DNA from: Trichodelitschia bisporula
Lineage: Eukaryota
Direction of reading: 5' to 3'
Assembly: GCA_010356995.1 (NCBI GenBank)
Contig: ML996706.1
Location: 377,789 to 441,788, forward strand
Length of the DNA stretch: 64,000 bases
This document shows, one piece after another, positions 12,857 to 25,445 of the stretch. A program made the position numbers and the translations under genes. How positions within the stretch are numbered: position 1 is the first letter of the stretch; each line of letters opens with the position of its first letter. The notes beneath the pieces were generated by a model. That model saw only the letters and a list, made by a program, of their open reading frames with translations, did no database searches and had not been told where the DNA came from.

Positions 12857-14668
12857 GTCTCAGTGATTGAACGAAACGGCCGCGGAGGAAACACCAGACA
12901 ACAGGGAGTAGGAAGCGTCACTTTGGGAGACTAGGCTTACCCCGAAGACATGATTATATGTACAATGCAGTTCCCAGAACCAAAGACGAAGACGAAGCCA
13001 AAGTGCAAACAGTATCAACACGAAAAACGATGAACGCCGAGATATTGGAGACGATCGCGGCCTGGAGATCAACAGTTAAGTGTTTCCCAGATCGATAGCC
13101 GTCAAGGCTTGGAGTTCGGGTATGTATCTGGCGTGTTTTGCTGGTGGGACCTGGCGTCTGGAAGCGTGGGGAAGGTGGGGAGTCTGAGGAGGGGGGGTTG
13201 GTTGGTGAGAGTGGGGGGGAGGTTATGTAGGTCGACCGAGGCCTCGCATTGGCTTTGTGCATGGAAGCATAAACCAGAACTAGAACAGACGCGCAAAAAT
13301 GCAGGCAAAAGCAAGCAACATGAAAAGATATTTCCAGCGAGTTGTGTGAGGGAGGCAAATGCGGATGCTTTTTGATTGTTGTGAAGGCAAAGTTTTCCTT
13401 CGACTTTCTCACCTCTTATCGCTGGGATGCCACTGCAACCTGAATGCTGGGCGACGAGCCTTGCCCCCCGTCCCTCAGAGAGGGATGGCGAAGGAATACC
13501 AAGGGAGAGAAATGGCTATCGCAAAGAAAACTCTCGACGTCCCGACAAAACATTAGACTTGCAGCAAGACCAGGCCCCTAGCCAGCGCCCTTGACCTGGC
13601 TACGCAGTGTGATGCTGGAATCGAACAAGGGATAAGGGGAGTTTGGACGAATGACGCTCCTGCAAATCCTCCGTCTTCCGGCCTTTTCCCCAAAATGCCT
13701 CCCTCTCCACCCCCTCCGCACTCATCCCTCATACTGTAAGCATCGCCGCCTCAATCACAACAGAGCGGGGGTTCGCGTTGGCGGGAACCTTGAGACTTGA
13801 CACTGGAAACAAAGCGACGAGGGGAAGCAAGCGAACCATGATCGATCCCGGCCAATCCTCTGCGTCACTGACTAGCCACAAGGCCCGCTTCCTCGCTTTG
13901 TCGGGATGAAATGCACGAAAGGCACGAATGGCAATGGGAACAGGGTGCGGGGCGGGGAAGCGAAAGTGTTCAGGTCTCCAGCATCTCAAACACCCAATGC
14001 GACATCACTATCATCACCACCTTCCACACTCTGCACCTTTCCCCTGCTTGCTTACCATGCGGCCTGCCAGATATAGCTGGGCGTACCGTCAGCCTGGCTG
14101 TGAACGTGGTGATCAGCTCAGGCACACAATCTTCTCCCAGCCTTTTGGTCCTTCGTCAACCATTCGGCACATCATGCAGGTCCCAGACCATCCCAATAAG
14201 TCCGATCCTTCAACTCAATAGAAGCAGACATGACCAAGCAGCGTACAGATGTCAATCGGAACAACGGTCGCCGACGGGGCAATTGTGCGCTACAAAGATT
14301 GACCCAGCGATATGGTGCTTATCATGGGCCTCGGGCTTGTCTGAGCAATTTGCAAGCGTAAGCGCTTCGGGGCGTATCGCGCGTCGGCTTGCTGGGGAGC
14401 GGGAGGCGCAGCCCGGCCCGTCAAGAGGTAGTGGGGGGTCAAACGGCCCGAAGGGGGGAGAGAAGGGAGGGGGTGGGGGATGGCGACGCCGCCGCCGCAA
14501 CGCCACGGCTGGGTTGCGTGGGGTTGCGTGCGCCATGGGTGTACGGTACCGGCATGAACATGTCGATAACGGTTTGCGTGGCTTAATCGAAAGGTAGCAA
14601 TTGCTGCTTAATTGGGGGTATTTGCGTGCTGGAATGGTGAGCCGGAGCCTCTCTTTCAATAATTGAGG

Positions 14669-15099
14669 ATGTTTCCTTCTTTCACGCTCCTTCGGCATCC
14701 TTTCGATCGGGATTCCAGATCCCGTCATTGCCCTGCCGACATTACCGACATCATCGACGCCAACGGAACATTCCGTCCCTGTCGTGCTGGCCTGGGCTGG
14801 AGCTTAAGTATGGCTGGCGCCGTTTCACCCCTCCAACCTCCCGACATGATGGGATTCCTGCGAACCGAAAGCCCACTGTCCCTTCAAGAATATGTTGAAG
14901 TCCTCGAGGAGGCATCAACGCGCTTTGTCGAACTACAGAGTATAAGAGCACACTTGGAGCCTGACCGTCATCACCGCCGCCCTTTGTAGGCACAGTGGGC
15001 ACCCTGCCAGCCGGCCTGCTGAACACGCCCTTTGACATGGACAGTCCTGCAAGGCGCATTGAAGTGGCAGCTGCGATGGATTTTGTGCAAGACGCATAG
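14669..15099 (+). CDS. Possible small two-exon hypothetical protein
   Basis: ORF 14663-14989 can splice (GTATAA..CTGAC..TAG, about 14940-14989) into STVGTLPAGLLNTPFDMDSPARRIEVAAAMDFVQDA*. No recognisable domain. Confidence 0.3.
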
Positions 15100-15588
15100 A
15101 GCTGTTCACCGAGTGTTGGTAGTCAGTCGGCTGTCTTTTCCCCTATGTACACAATGACATAACCTTATCCAATTGAGCTTTCTCCTCATCGTCACCCTCT
15201 CCGTCTCGTTCCTGAATTATCACCTTGGCCTCTCCCATCAATTGAACGAGTCTGGCAAGTCCATCGCCGGAACTCCATCTCCTAGACAAATAAGAATCTT
15301 GCTCTTAAACTCTCGTCAGGTTTGCGGGCGACAATGGTGGTGTTCATCCTACCTATCCCAAGTTTTATGCTGACCTTATGCACTTGTGCTATCAGCCATA
15401 ATCCAGACCCCGCCCCCGCTTCGCTAGCTCAGCACCAGGGTCTTTGGACCCCTCATCGAGCAGTTCTATGCGAAGAGCTTTGATATGCGTCGCAATCACC
15501 TCCGTATTGCCGGATTTTCCTCCTCTTCTCTCTCTTCCTCCTACTCCACCTCATTCTTATCCTCAACCACCTCTCACAAACCTCCAAT

Positions 15589-17564
15589 ATGCCCTCACCA
15601 CCCCCATCCAGTCGCCTAGGCACCTCCTTCCGCTCACAGCTAGGCAGCTGGACCTCTTCCTCCCCTCTCGCTGCCGCCGCGATTGCATCCGACCTCGAAG
15701 AAGCCTCCGATAGCGACAGCGACACCGGCTCACCTACTCCCACCCCTTCCACCTTCAGACCGAACGCACTATCCGCCTCCTACCGCAGCGCCACCGCCGT
15801 CGCTGTCCTCCCCCGCCCGGCAATCATCCCTTCCGACCCCTCTTTCCGCGGCCGGCGTATGAGCCGCGCCGAGTGGGCAGCGGTAGAGGACGACGAGCGC
15901 GAACTCCTCGAAGATAATAACTTGCTCGAGCGGCGCCCGAGCCGTAAATCAGTCTCGCGGAGGCCAGACGAGCGCACCGCGCTGCTAGACGGGCCCGAGG
16001 ATGATGGCCCCGAAGTCGACGCTAAATGGGATGAAGCCGTCGTCGCGGGCCGCATCCAGACGACGTGGAAGCGCGAGGTGGCGGTGCTGTCGCGGTATAG
16101 CCGGAGTTTGATTGTGACGTTCGTGCTGCAGTACTCCCTGACCATGGCGAGTATCTTCACGGTTGGGCATATCGGGAAGGTGGAATTGGGGGCCGTGAGT
16201 CTGGCGACGAGTGAGTGTGCTCCGTAGGCAGTGGGCCGGGCTTATAAGCATAGTGACGGCCAATATCACCGGCTTCTCGGTGTACCAAGGCCTAGCGACG
16301 AGTCTCGACACGCTGTGCGCGCAAGCCTACGGCTCGGGGCGCAAAAGCCTCGTGGGCCTGCAGCTGCAGCGCATGGTCTACTTCCTTTGGCTAGTCACCA
16401 TCCCCATCGGCGCCATCTGGCTCTCCGGCACCTGGATCCTCAAAGCCATAGTACCCGAGACCCGCACCGCCGAACTCGCAGGCCTATATCTTAAAATAAT
16501 CCTCCTCGGCGCGCCCGGCTACGCCGCCTTCGAGAGCGGCAAGCGCTTCGTGCAGGCGCAGGGCAAGTTCGAGGCCACGCTGTACGTGCTGCTGTTCTGT
16601 GCGCCGTTCAATGCGTTTTTGAACTGGTTTCTCGTCTGGCATATGGAGCTGGGATTTATTGGCGCGCCTATCGCCGTCGCTATAACGGACACCCTCCTCC
16701 CCCTCTGCCTCCTCCTCTACGTCTACACCCAGCCTGACACACGCGCCTGCTGGCCTGGCTTCACGCGGCGAGCGCTACACAACTGGGGACCTATGATCCG
16801 TCTCGCGCTGCCGGGTCTCGTAATGGTGCTCGCCGAGTTCCTGGCCTTCGAAATCTTGACCCTGGCCGCGAGTTGGCTGTCGTCCACGCACCTGGCCGCG
16901 CAGTCCGTGCTGAGCACCCTCACGGCGCTGACGTTCCAGATCCCGTTCCCGATGAGTATTGCGGCGAGTACGCGTATAGCGAATTTGATCGGTGCGACGC
17001 TGGGGAGTGCGGCGAAGACGGCGGCGGGGGTTGCGCTGTGTGCGGCGGTGTTTGTGGGGCTGTTTAATGCGGTGTTGCTTTCTGCCCTGCGGAATTATGT
17101 CCCGAGGCTGTTTACGGAGGATGAGGGGGTCATTGCGCTTGTTGCGGCGGTTTTGCCCCTGTGTGCGGCGTTCCAGCTCTTTGATGCGCTGACGGCGAAT
17201 TGTAATGGTATTCTGCGCGGGTTGGGAAGGCAGGAGGTGGGTGGGTATGTGAATTTGTTTGCGTACTATGTGGTAAGTGCCCCTTCCACCGCTCGGTGAG
17301 GGCGAGGCTGATATGTCCGGCAGATCGCCATGCCGCTGAGCTTCTACACTGCGTTTGGCGCGCCGCAGTGGGGGCTATATGGGCTGTGGGCCGGGCCGGC
17401 GCTGGCGCTGGGCATGTGAGTTTCTCCTCCCTTCTGCAGTATTTTTTTTTGCGGAAGCTAATGATGGCAGTGTCGCGGCCATCGAGGGCGTGTTCATCTA
17501 CCGGCTCAGCTGGGAGGGCGCGGTAGAAGATGCGCGGAAGCGCAATGCGGAGGATCATCGGTAG
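15589..17564 (+). CDS. MATE-family efflux transporter (Erc1-like), 4 exons
   Basis: TTWKREVAVL, VGHIGKVELGAVSLA, ANITGFSVYQGLATSLDTLCAQAYGSG, EFLAFEILTLAA, STRIANLIGA, NGILRGLGRQ. Introns about 16211-16253, 17273-17323 and 17417-17470. Confidence 0.93.
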
Positions 17565-17716
17565 CGGAGGACCATGCGTAGTAGAACGGGGGGTAATCAA
17601 GCATGAAGACGGGATAATCAGGCGTGGAGACGGGGTATACAACAGCCCGGAATCTAATCTAGCCTCTATGGCTCTCTACACAAATGCCACTATTCACAGC
17701 TGTGCGCACCTATGCC

Positions 17717-18785
17717 TCAAATCTCACTCGTCCCGTCCCCCTCCTCCTCATCCCCTTTCTGCGTTCCTACAACAACCTCCTTAACTCCTCCCTCCACGGT
17801 CCACAGCTTCTTCCGATCACTCGCCCAGTCGCGGCCCAGCCGCTCCGCTTCGTCGTCGACTAGCTCGTATGCCGGCGCGAAGGCAGTCGCGGGCGCGCTG
17901 GCGTCTGGTGCGGGGAGAGTGCGTGCGAGCGCTGGGTTGCGGTGCGTGTCGTCTGTGCCGCCGAGGGAGGTGTACCCTTGGTCGTAGAGGGGGCAGTAGG
18001 GGACGTTGAGCGCGCGGATGAACTGGTACACACATTAGTATCCAAATATCCCCAACCTAGCCTTTCTCAAAGCTCGCCTGCGGCACGCCACTCACCGTCC
18101 AAACATCCACATAATGCCAATCAATAACCGGATGCACCCTCATAAAATCCGGCCACCCATGATCCGTCCTATCAAAGAACGTCAACTGCGCGCCGTGAGG
18201 ATCCGTCCTCCTTGTCCCCACCAGAATGGCCTTGACGTGTGAGTGTTGCTCCAGGTAGGCGGTGAAGGCGGCGCGCATGGGGAGGGCGTAGCGGGTTAGG
18301 GATAGGGAATAGGTGGTGCTGGTGTGTGCGACGAAGGATTCGACCTCTGGGAAGGGGGAGGGGGGGGTTATGTAGACGGATTGCAGGGCGGCGGTTGTGA
18401 GGTGTGGGTGTTGGTGGAGGGAGGCGAGGTAGAGGAGGAGGAGGATGAGGCAGTCTTTGCCGCCGTTGTAGGAGAGGGCGAGTTCGTTGAGCCTAGGGGG
18501 TTAGTTGGGGGTGGGTTGGGAGAGGAGGGGCGGTTACGCGTAGCGGTCTAGAGCTTCTCGGATCACACCCAGTGTGGTTCGCGTCTGTGCCTGGCAGCGC
18601 TCGATGAGGGGAGTTGAAGGTGATGAGGATAGAAAGGCTTGTACGCGGTTATGGATGTGGGCGCAGAGGGCGGGGAGGGAGAGGTGTGTATCTGGGAGAA
18701 AGGGCTCGGCGGAAGTGCTTGTAGACGCGGAGGCGCCGTTCGTAGCCGTCGTCGGCGCAGAGCCGTTGCTTTGTGGGGTCGTCAT
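17717..18785 (-). CDS. FAD1: FAD synthetase (FMN adenylyltransferase, PAPS-reductase fold), 3 exons
   Basis: LALSYNGGKDCL, FPEVESFV, AILVGTRRTDPHG, TDHGWPDFMRVHPVIDWHY, PYCPLYDQGYTSLGG, ERLGR. Confidence 0.93.
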
Positions 18786-19148
18786 GATGGTGGATTGTGA
18801 TGTGCGGCCGGCGGCATAAGGGGGTACGAGGGAGTGAGAATGCGGGGAGGTAGGTCGGCGGAGTACGCAGCGGTTGCGGTGAGGATGCTGAGGCGAGGGG
18901 AGGTTGGAGGAGGTAGGTGAGTTCGCTGCTTCGAGCACGGTTCTTGATTGCTGTTCAAGTGTGCTTCTAGTATTCCTTGGTGAAAGGAGGTGGTTGAGGG
19001 TGCGGTGGACGTTGGATGGTGATCCCTCGCCGAGTCCGCGACAGGCTACGTCGGCTCCAATTGCTGAGGCGAGGCACGGGGGGTACCCGAAGCTTCAGCC
19101 ACCCCGCCTCGGGTGCGCGACTCCGAGGGCGGAGGGAGCATGCACCGC

Positions 19149-19197
19149 CACTGGATATTTTGAAGGATTCACTGGATTATTTTGAAGGATTCACTTG
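19149..19197. repeat. Short tandem duplication of a 21/22-nt unit (CACTGGAT(T)ATTTTGAAGGATT) in the FAD1-MET5 divergent intergenic region
   Basis: Copies at 19149-19169 and 19170-19191, followed by a partial third copy. Confidence 0.85.
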
Positions 19198-20245
19198 GAG
19201 AATACATTGGGAGAGTTTTTGAGAGCGGATGACTACGGAGGCGGAGCTTGGTCTTGATGTCTCTTTGCTGGTTGAATCTTCTTACACCGACCCATGGCTT
19301 CAGTTGATGGTGGATAGAGCATCGTTCCGCTTCACAGCAGCGACAGCGCTTCAGATATGATCATGGGACAGCAGGGGATTTATCCAGCTCGGGCAGGGCG
19401 GGTTAATGCAGGCCGATGCTTCGAATTTGGTGTGTTGACATCGATTACCTGATGCTTCATCACCATATCCAATCCAGATGGGAACCAGATGTGACCAATA
19501 CCAAGGTGGAAAGCAGACGACAGCTCCAGCCTTGCTGGACATTCCCTCACGTCCTTCTAGAAAGTCGCACCGGCTAACGACAAGGCTGCGGCATCTGCGG
19601 CGTGAGGCTGCGGCATGTGGTGGCATGTAGTGGCATCTCATCATTCCACGTAGCGATGACTTCAGTTAGGGAGAGCGGGAAGTGGAGAGTGGAGAGAGAC
19701 GGGTGAGGGGAGAAGCCCGTTAGTCAAGGATATCACTGGATCACTGGTCAGCGTCCTGGTAGGCAAAAAAAAGCAGATCAGCTTCATGACCGACGGGCTG
19801 CAGGACAGACGCTTCAGCGGCAAACATCTGCAGGGCATCAAATGCGTCCGTCTCCATTGGACTACTGATGCAGTGAAACTTCCCTTGTTCCCTTGGGGCA
19901 TTAGAAAGCAGGCTAGCCGAGGCTCTTAACGATCAGTGAAATCAGATGGTGGCGTTGGTGCGTGTGTGGGATGTTCGTCTCTAGATCAGCCAGTGGACAC
20001 TTGAGGTTAGAGCTAAGGAATTGCGACATCGCAAAACCTTGACGAACCACTCGCCTGAACTTTTTGCTGATGCTTTTGCATTCTTCCTTGTCTTCTACCA
20101 ACGCTTCCGCTCTCACTTTTAACTCTCTCTCAATCCTCACTCTATCTCTTCATCTATTCCGCTCCTTATTGCCCGCTGCAACCCCAATTGAGTGCGAAAG
20201 AGACAGAGACAGAGAGAGCGATACCTCTCCTCTACCCCGCGCATC

Positions 20246-23200
20246 ATGGCGGCCCAGATCAAGACCTCCGCAGGCGCAGGTACGCACAATACCCCGCATA
20301 ACCCCACCATTTTAACTGCACGAACTGACATTTTTGTCCACAACAGTCGCTCGCATAGCTTTCATTGCCAGCGATGTCGTTGTGTCAGTCCAGCCATCTC
20401 TAGATGTCGGTTCCGAATTTACCGGCGAGCTGCGTGCTCTTGCGGCGGCCAATGTGGCCAGCGTAGTCGGCAAGGCCGCTCCAGAGGTATGTGTGCCGTC
20501 CCACATTGGCGCATTGAGGGGATGAGAGAAATCGAGCCATGGTTGCTAATTCCACTGTAGGTAGTTCCCGCGAGACAAACGGCAGACCCGTTGCTGTCCG
20601 TCTTTGAGCCTCTGCGTTCCGGGAAACTCGTTTCCGTCACCACCACATCCGCCATCCTCCTTCATTCCATTCCTCACCTCTACAAGCTCGCACAGTACCC
20701 CGTTGTGCTGCACGTTTCGCTACATCCCGCCGGCCATCCCGACTACTCCGTCATCACCTCTATCCGCCAGAGCGGTTTCACTTTCCTCCAATCCGAGACA
20801 CTCCAGGAGACGCAGGACATTGCCTTGACCGCACATGCCCTCGCCCTCAAGTCCGGCAAGGGTGTCGTTCACTTCTTCGACTCGGCAGTTGCTGATCGCT
20901 TCCCTCCGATTGCCGTTGAGAGCGCCGAGTTGGTGCAGCAGATCATCGACCAAGATGCCGCGCGCCGCTTCCGCGTGTCGCAGCCCACGCCTCCCACACA
21001 GTACGCCGACTCCGGTAGACGCGCCACTCTGGCCGTCCCGGCGAGCCAGGAACCCCAGGCGAGCACTTCGGCACCAGCAGCCCCGCAAGCTGAGCAACCG
21101 GCTGTTCCCGCCCCCTCCGTCGAATCCTCCGTCGGCTCCTCTGTCCGCGGCAGCAGTGTCGATAGCGCTCCGAGCGCCTCCTCAGCTACCACTGTCGATG
21201 CGCTTGTAGCTCGGCCTGTAACGTCGGCCGATATCCTTGCATTCGCAACCCAGATCTGGGAGACACTCCGCGCCACTACGGGCCGCCACTACAGCGCCTT
21301 TGAGTATGCCGGCCCCAAGACGGCGACGTCGGCACTCTTCCTTTTTGGCGCCGACTCGGCCATGTTCCGCGCTGAGCTCGAGTCTGCTGTCGAGCTGGAG
21401 CAGTACGCTGGCGTTGGCCTCATCATTGCCCGCCTGTACCGCCCGTGGATTGGAGCCGAGCTGTCCGCTGCACTGCCGACCACCGTCACTCGCCTTGCCG
21501 TGCTCGAGCAGATCCGCCGCAAGACAACGAAGTGGGGTCCGCTGCTGCTCGACGTGCTGGCATCTGTCAGGGGCGGCGTTGGCTCTGGGCCTACGGTCGT
21601 GGGATACCAACTCGGCCTTGTGCAACAGGAGACGGTCAAGCAGGCCCTGCGTGGTATCTTCCAGAACCTGGCTTCCGAGTCGCCGCTCCAGAACCTGGCG
21701 ATTGGGTCGTCTGGCTCTGAGTCCCAGTTGGCGCACGACATCGTCCCCGACGTTGAGCAGCCGAAGCTCGAGAACGCTTACACTAAAGTTCTGAACCAGC
21801 TGTTTGGCGAGCGTCTGCGGATCGCCAACCAGCTCGGCAAGAGCACCGCTGGCGTTTCTTCGGGCATTGCGGCAAGCCCAGAGTTTGGCTTTGGTTCGCT
21901 GCTTGCGCGTGCGGAGCGACGGAAGAAATTCGTCGCCGAGGTGGCCGCTGCGGCCAAGTCGTCCGATTTCGTGACTGCTGTTCCGGCACAGTGGCTGGCC
22001 AAGTGGACTCTCGTGGCGGAGGACGTGGACAAGGCGAATGCTCTTGCCCCAGAAGTCATTGCTCGCCTCAGCACGGATGGCTCTGCCCTCGCTAGCAAGT
22101 TGCTTGCGTCCAAGGACCTGTTCTATGCCGAATCCAAGTGGCTCATCGGCTCGGATGCCTGGGCCTACGATCTCGGAAACTCGGGTGTCCACCAAGTGCT
22201 CGCATCTGGCGAGAAGGTCCGTATGCTCATCATCGACTCGACGCCTTACTCTGAGACAAAGCCTATCGACCCAGCCCGGCGCAAGAAGGATATCGGCCTG
22301 TACGCCATGAACTTCGGCAACGCCTACGTCGCCTCGACGGCCGTCTACTCGTCTTACACTCAGCTGCTGCACGCTCTCATTGAGGCTGATAAGTTCGACG
22401 GCCCTGCCGTTGTCCTCGCCTATCTGCCCTACCACGCAGAAGCCGACTCCGCTCTCGCCGTGCTGCAGGAGACGAAGAAGGCCGTTGATGCAGGCTACTG
22501 GCCGCTGTACCGCTGGAACCCGTCGGTGGACGAGACCAAGGAAGAGCGGTTTGCGCTCGAGTCGAGCCGCATCCGCAAGGAGCTTGAGGACTTCCTGCGC
22601 CGCGACAACTACCTTACGCAAGTTGTGCGTCGCCACCCCGAGTTTGCCACCAACCTGTCTGGCTCGTATGGCACCGAGGTGCGTGAGCAGCAGAAGCGCA
22701 AGGGCAAGGATGCGTATGCGAAGCTTCTCGAGGGCCTCGCCGGCGCGCCGCTGACTATCCTCTTCGCCTCTGACAACGGCAACGGCGAGAACCTGGCTAA
22801 GCGCCTGGCAAACCGCGGCAAGGCGCGCGGGCTGAAGACCATGTTCATGGCGATGGACGACTACCCGCTCGAGGACCTCAATGCCGAGGAGAACGTCGTG
22901 TTCATCACTAGCACGGCGGGCCAGGGCGAGTTCCCGCAGAATGGGCGCAACACCTGGGAGGCGGTACGCAACTCAACGGATCTCGATCTGGCGACCGTCA
23001 ACTTCGCCGTCTTTGGTCTTGGTGACAGCCACTACTGGCCCCGCAAGCAAGATCGTATCTACTACAACAAGCCAGCAAAGGATTTGCACAATCGCCTCGT
23101 GACCCTCGGTGGCAAGCCGCTGACCGAAGTCGGCCTTGGTGACGACCAGGATCCAGATACGTACCAGACGGGATACTCAGAGTGGGAGCCGCAGCTGTGG

Positions 23201-25025
23201 CGCGCTCTGGGTGTCGACAACGTCGAAGGTCTGGCCGACGAGCCCCCGCCCATTACCAACGAGGACATCAAGATCGAGTCGAACTACCTGCGCGGCACCA
23301 TCGTCGAGGGTCTCCTCGACCCCACCACGGCCGCTATCTCCGCCGCCGACCAGCAGCTGACCAAGTTCCACGGCACATACATGCAGGACGACCGCGACGT
23401 GCGGGACCAACGCAAGGCTGCCGGCCTCGAGCCAGCGTACAGCTTCATGATCCGCTGTCGCCTGCCCGGTGGCGTGGCTACGCCCAAGCAGTGGGTGCAG
23501 ATGGACGATATCGCGAAGACGCTCGGAAATGGCACCATGAAGCTGACTACGCGCCAGACGTTCCAGTTCCACGGCGTGGTCAAGGGCAAGCTTCGTCCCG
23601 CTATGCAGGCTATCAACCGCGCGCTTATGACTACCATCGCGGCTTGCGGTGATGTTAACCGTAATGTGATGTGCTCGTCGCTGCCGGAGAATGCGGGGCT
23701 GCATCGCCAGGTGCAGGCTGTTGCGCAGCGCATCTCCGACCATCTCCTCCCGTCCACCTCCGCGTATCACGAGATCTGGCTCTCGGACGACAAGGACTTC
23801 GGCAAGAAGACGCAGGTTGCTGGTGATGCTGTTGTCGACCACGAGCCTCTCTACGGGCCTACGTATCTGCCGCGCAAGTTCAAGATCACGATTGCGGTGC
23901 CGCCGCACAATGACACGGATGTGTACGCTCACGATATCGGGCTTATCGCGATCAAGGATGCGGAGGGCAATCTCGAGGGGTTTAATGTCCTGGCTGGTGG
24001 TGGCATGGGCGTTACCCATAACAACAAGAAGACGTACCCGCAGATCGGGCGCATGCTCGGCTACGTCCCCGCTGCGGAGACGCACATCGCGTGCGAGAAA
24101 ATCATGCTCGTGCAGCGCGACCACGGCGACCGGAAGAACCGCAAGCATGCCCGGCTTAAGTATACTATCGACGACATGGGGGTGGATGTCTTCCGGGGCA
24201 AGGTCGAGGAGCTGTGGGGTACGAAGTTTGCCCCTGAGCGGGACTTCAAGTTCGAGTCGAATATTGATACGTTCGGCTGGGTGCGCGATGAGGACGGGCT
24301 CAATCATTTCACCATGTTCATTGAGAATGGCCGTGTGGAGGACACGCCAGACTTCCAGATGATGGCTGGGCTGCGCGAGTTGGCGCAGGTGCATGATGGC
24401 GAGTTCCGCCTTACGGGGAATCAGCACTTGATCGTGAGCAATGTGTCGGATGCGAAGCTCCCCGCTATCAAGGAAGTCCTCGCGAAGTATAAGCTCGATA
24501 ACACGGCCTTCTCGGGCCTGCGCCTGAGCTCGTCCGCCTGCGTCGCGTTCCCGACGTGCGGTCTCGCGATGGCGGAGTCGGAGCGGTATCTCCCGGTCCT
24601 GATCAGCAAGCTCGAGGGCGCGCTCGAAGACGCGGGTCTGCGGCGGGATAGCATCGTGATGCGCATGACGGGGTGTCCGAATGGGTGCGCCCGGCCGTGG
24701 CTCGCGGAGGCCGCGTTCGTGGGCAAGGCGTTTGGCGCGTATAATATGTACCTGGGCGGGGGGTATCATGGCCAACGGCTGAATAAGTTGTATCGCGCGA
24801 GTATTAAGGAGGAGGAGATTGTGGAGATTATGACGGGCTTGATTGGGAGGTATGCGAGGGAACGGGAGGAGGGGGAACGGTTTGGGGACTTTTTGATCAG
24901 GGCGGGGGTTATTCAGAAGACGACTGAGGGGCGGGATTTTCATGAGGGGGTAAGTGCGATGCTGTCCTATGATGGGGATGATGGCTAACGTGTGGCAGAC
25001 TGCTGAGGATGATGACGAGGAGTAG
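20246..25025 (+). CDS. MET5: Sulfite reductase [NADPH] beta (haemoprotein) subunit, 4 exons
   Basis: PFOR-like N-terminus, WLIGSDAWAYDLG, flavodoxin motifs (ILFASDNGNG, TSTAGQGEFP, FGLGDSHYW), LTKFHGTYMQDDRD, siroheme/FeS ligands CVAFPTC and TGCPNGC. Introns 20280-20346, 20487-20560, 24950-24998. Confidence 0.97.
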
Positions 25026-25445
25026 AGGTAGTAGGAGGAAGGCGGTGCGGTTGCATTGTGCCTGGTTTTGACCTGGTTGGCGTTCAGTCGGCTTTTGGGT
25101 GCGCATATCGGCATCTACGGGCCGTGGTTATAGTAGCCACGTACAAAATGCAATTTAACATTGATCTTATGAACTGGGTACCCGTCATCTGGGAAGCGTG
25201 ACGCCGGCGTCGATGGTGTGACCGTTAAGCGAGGCTGGATCTTTACATCGGACTTCAGCCTTACCCGGCAGAGGCCCGATGAATGGCTTCCAACCCTCCT
25301 TCCACCATGTATGCTTTACCGGAGAGCAATGCGAATAAGTGATGAAGAACAGTCCGATGTACAGAAGATTTCAAATGGGTATACTACCGCATCTAACTTA
25401 ACACCATCTACGTCCGGCCATATACGCACAATCAGATCCCCTCGC

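Noticed and set aside
21182..25114. Long antisense ORFs opposite MET5 (484 and 645 aa) and similar shadows elsewhere
   Set aside because: Expected shadows of GC-rich codon bias, with no domain-like content.
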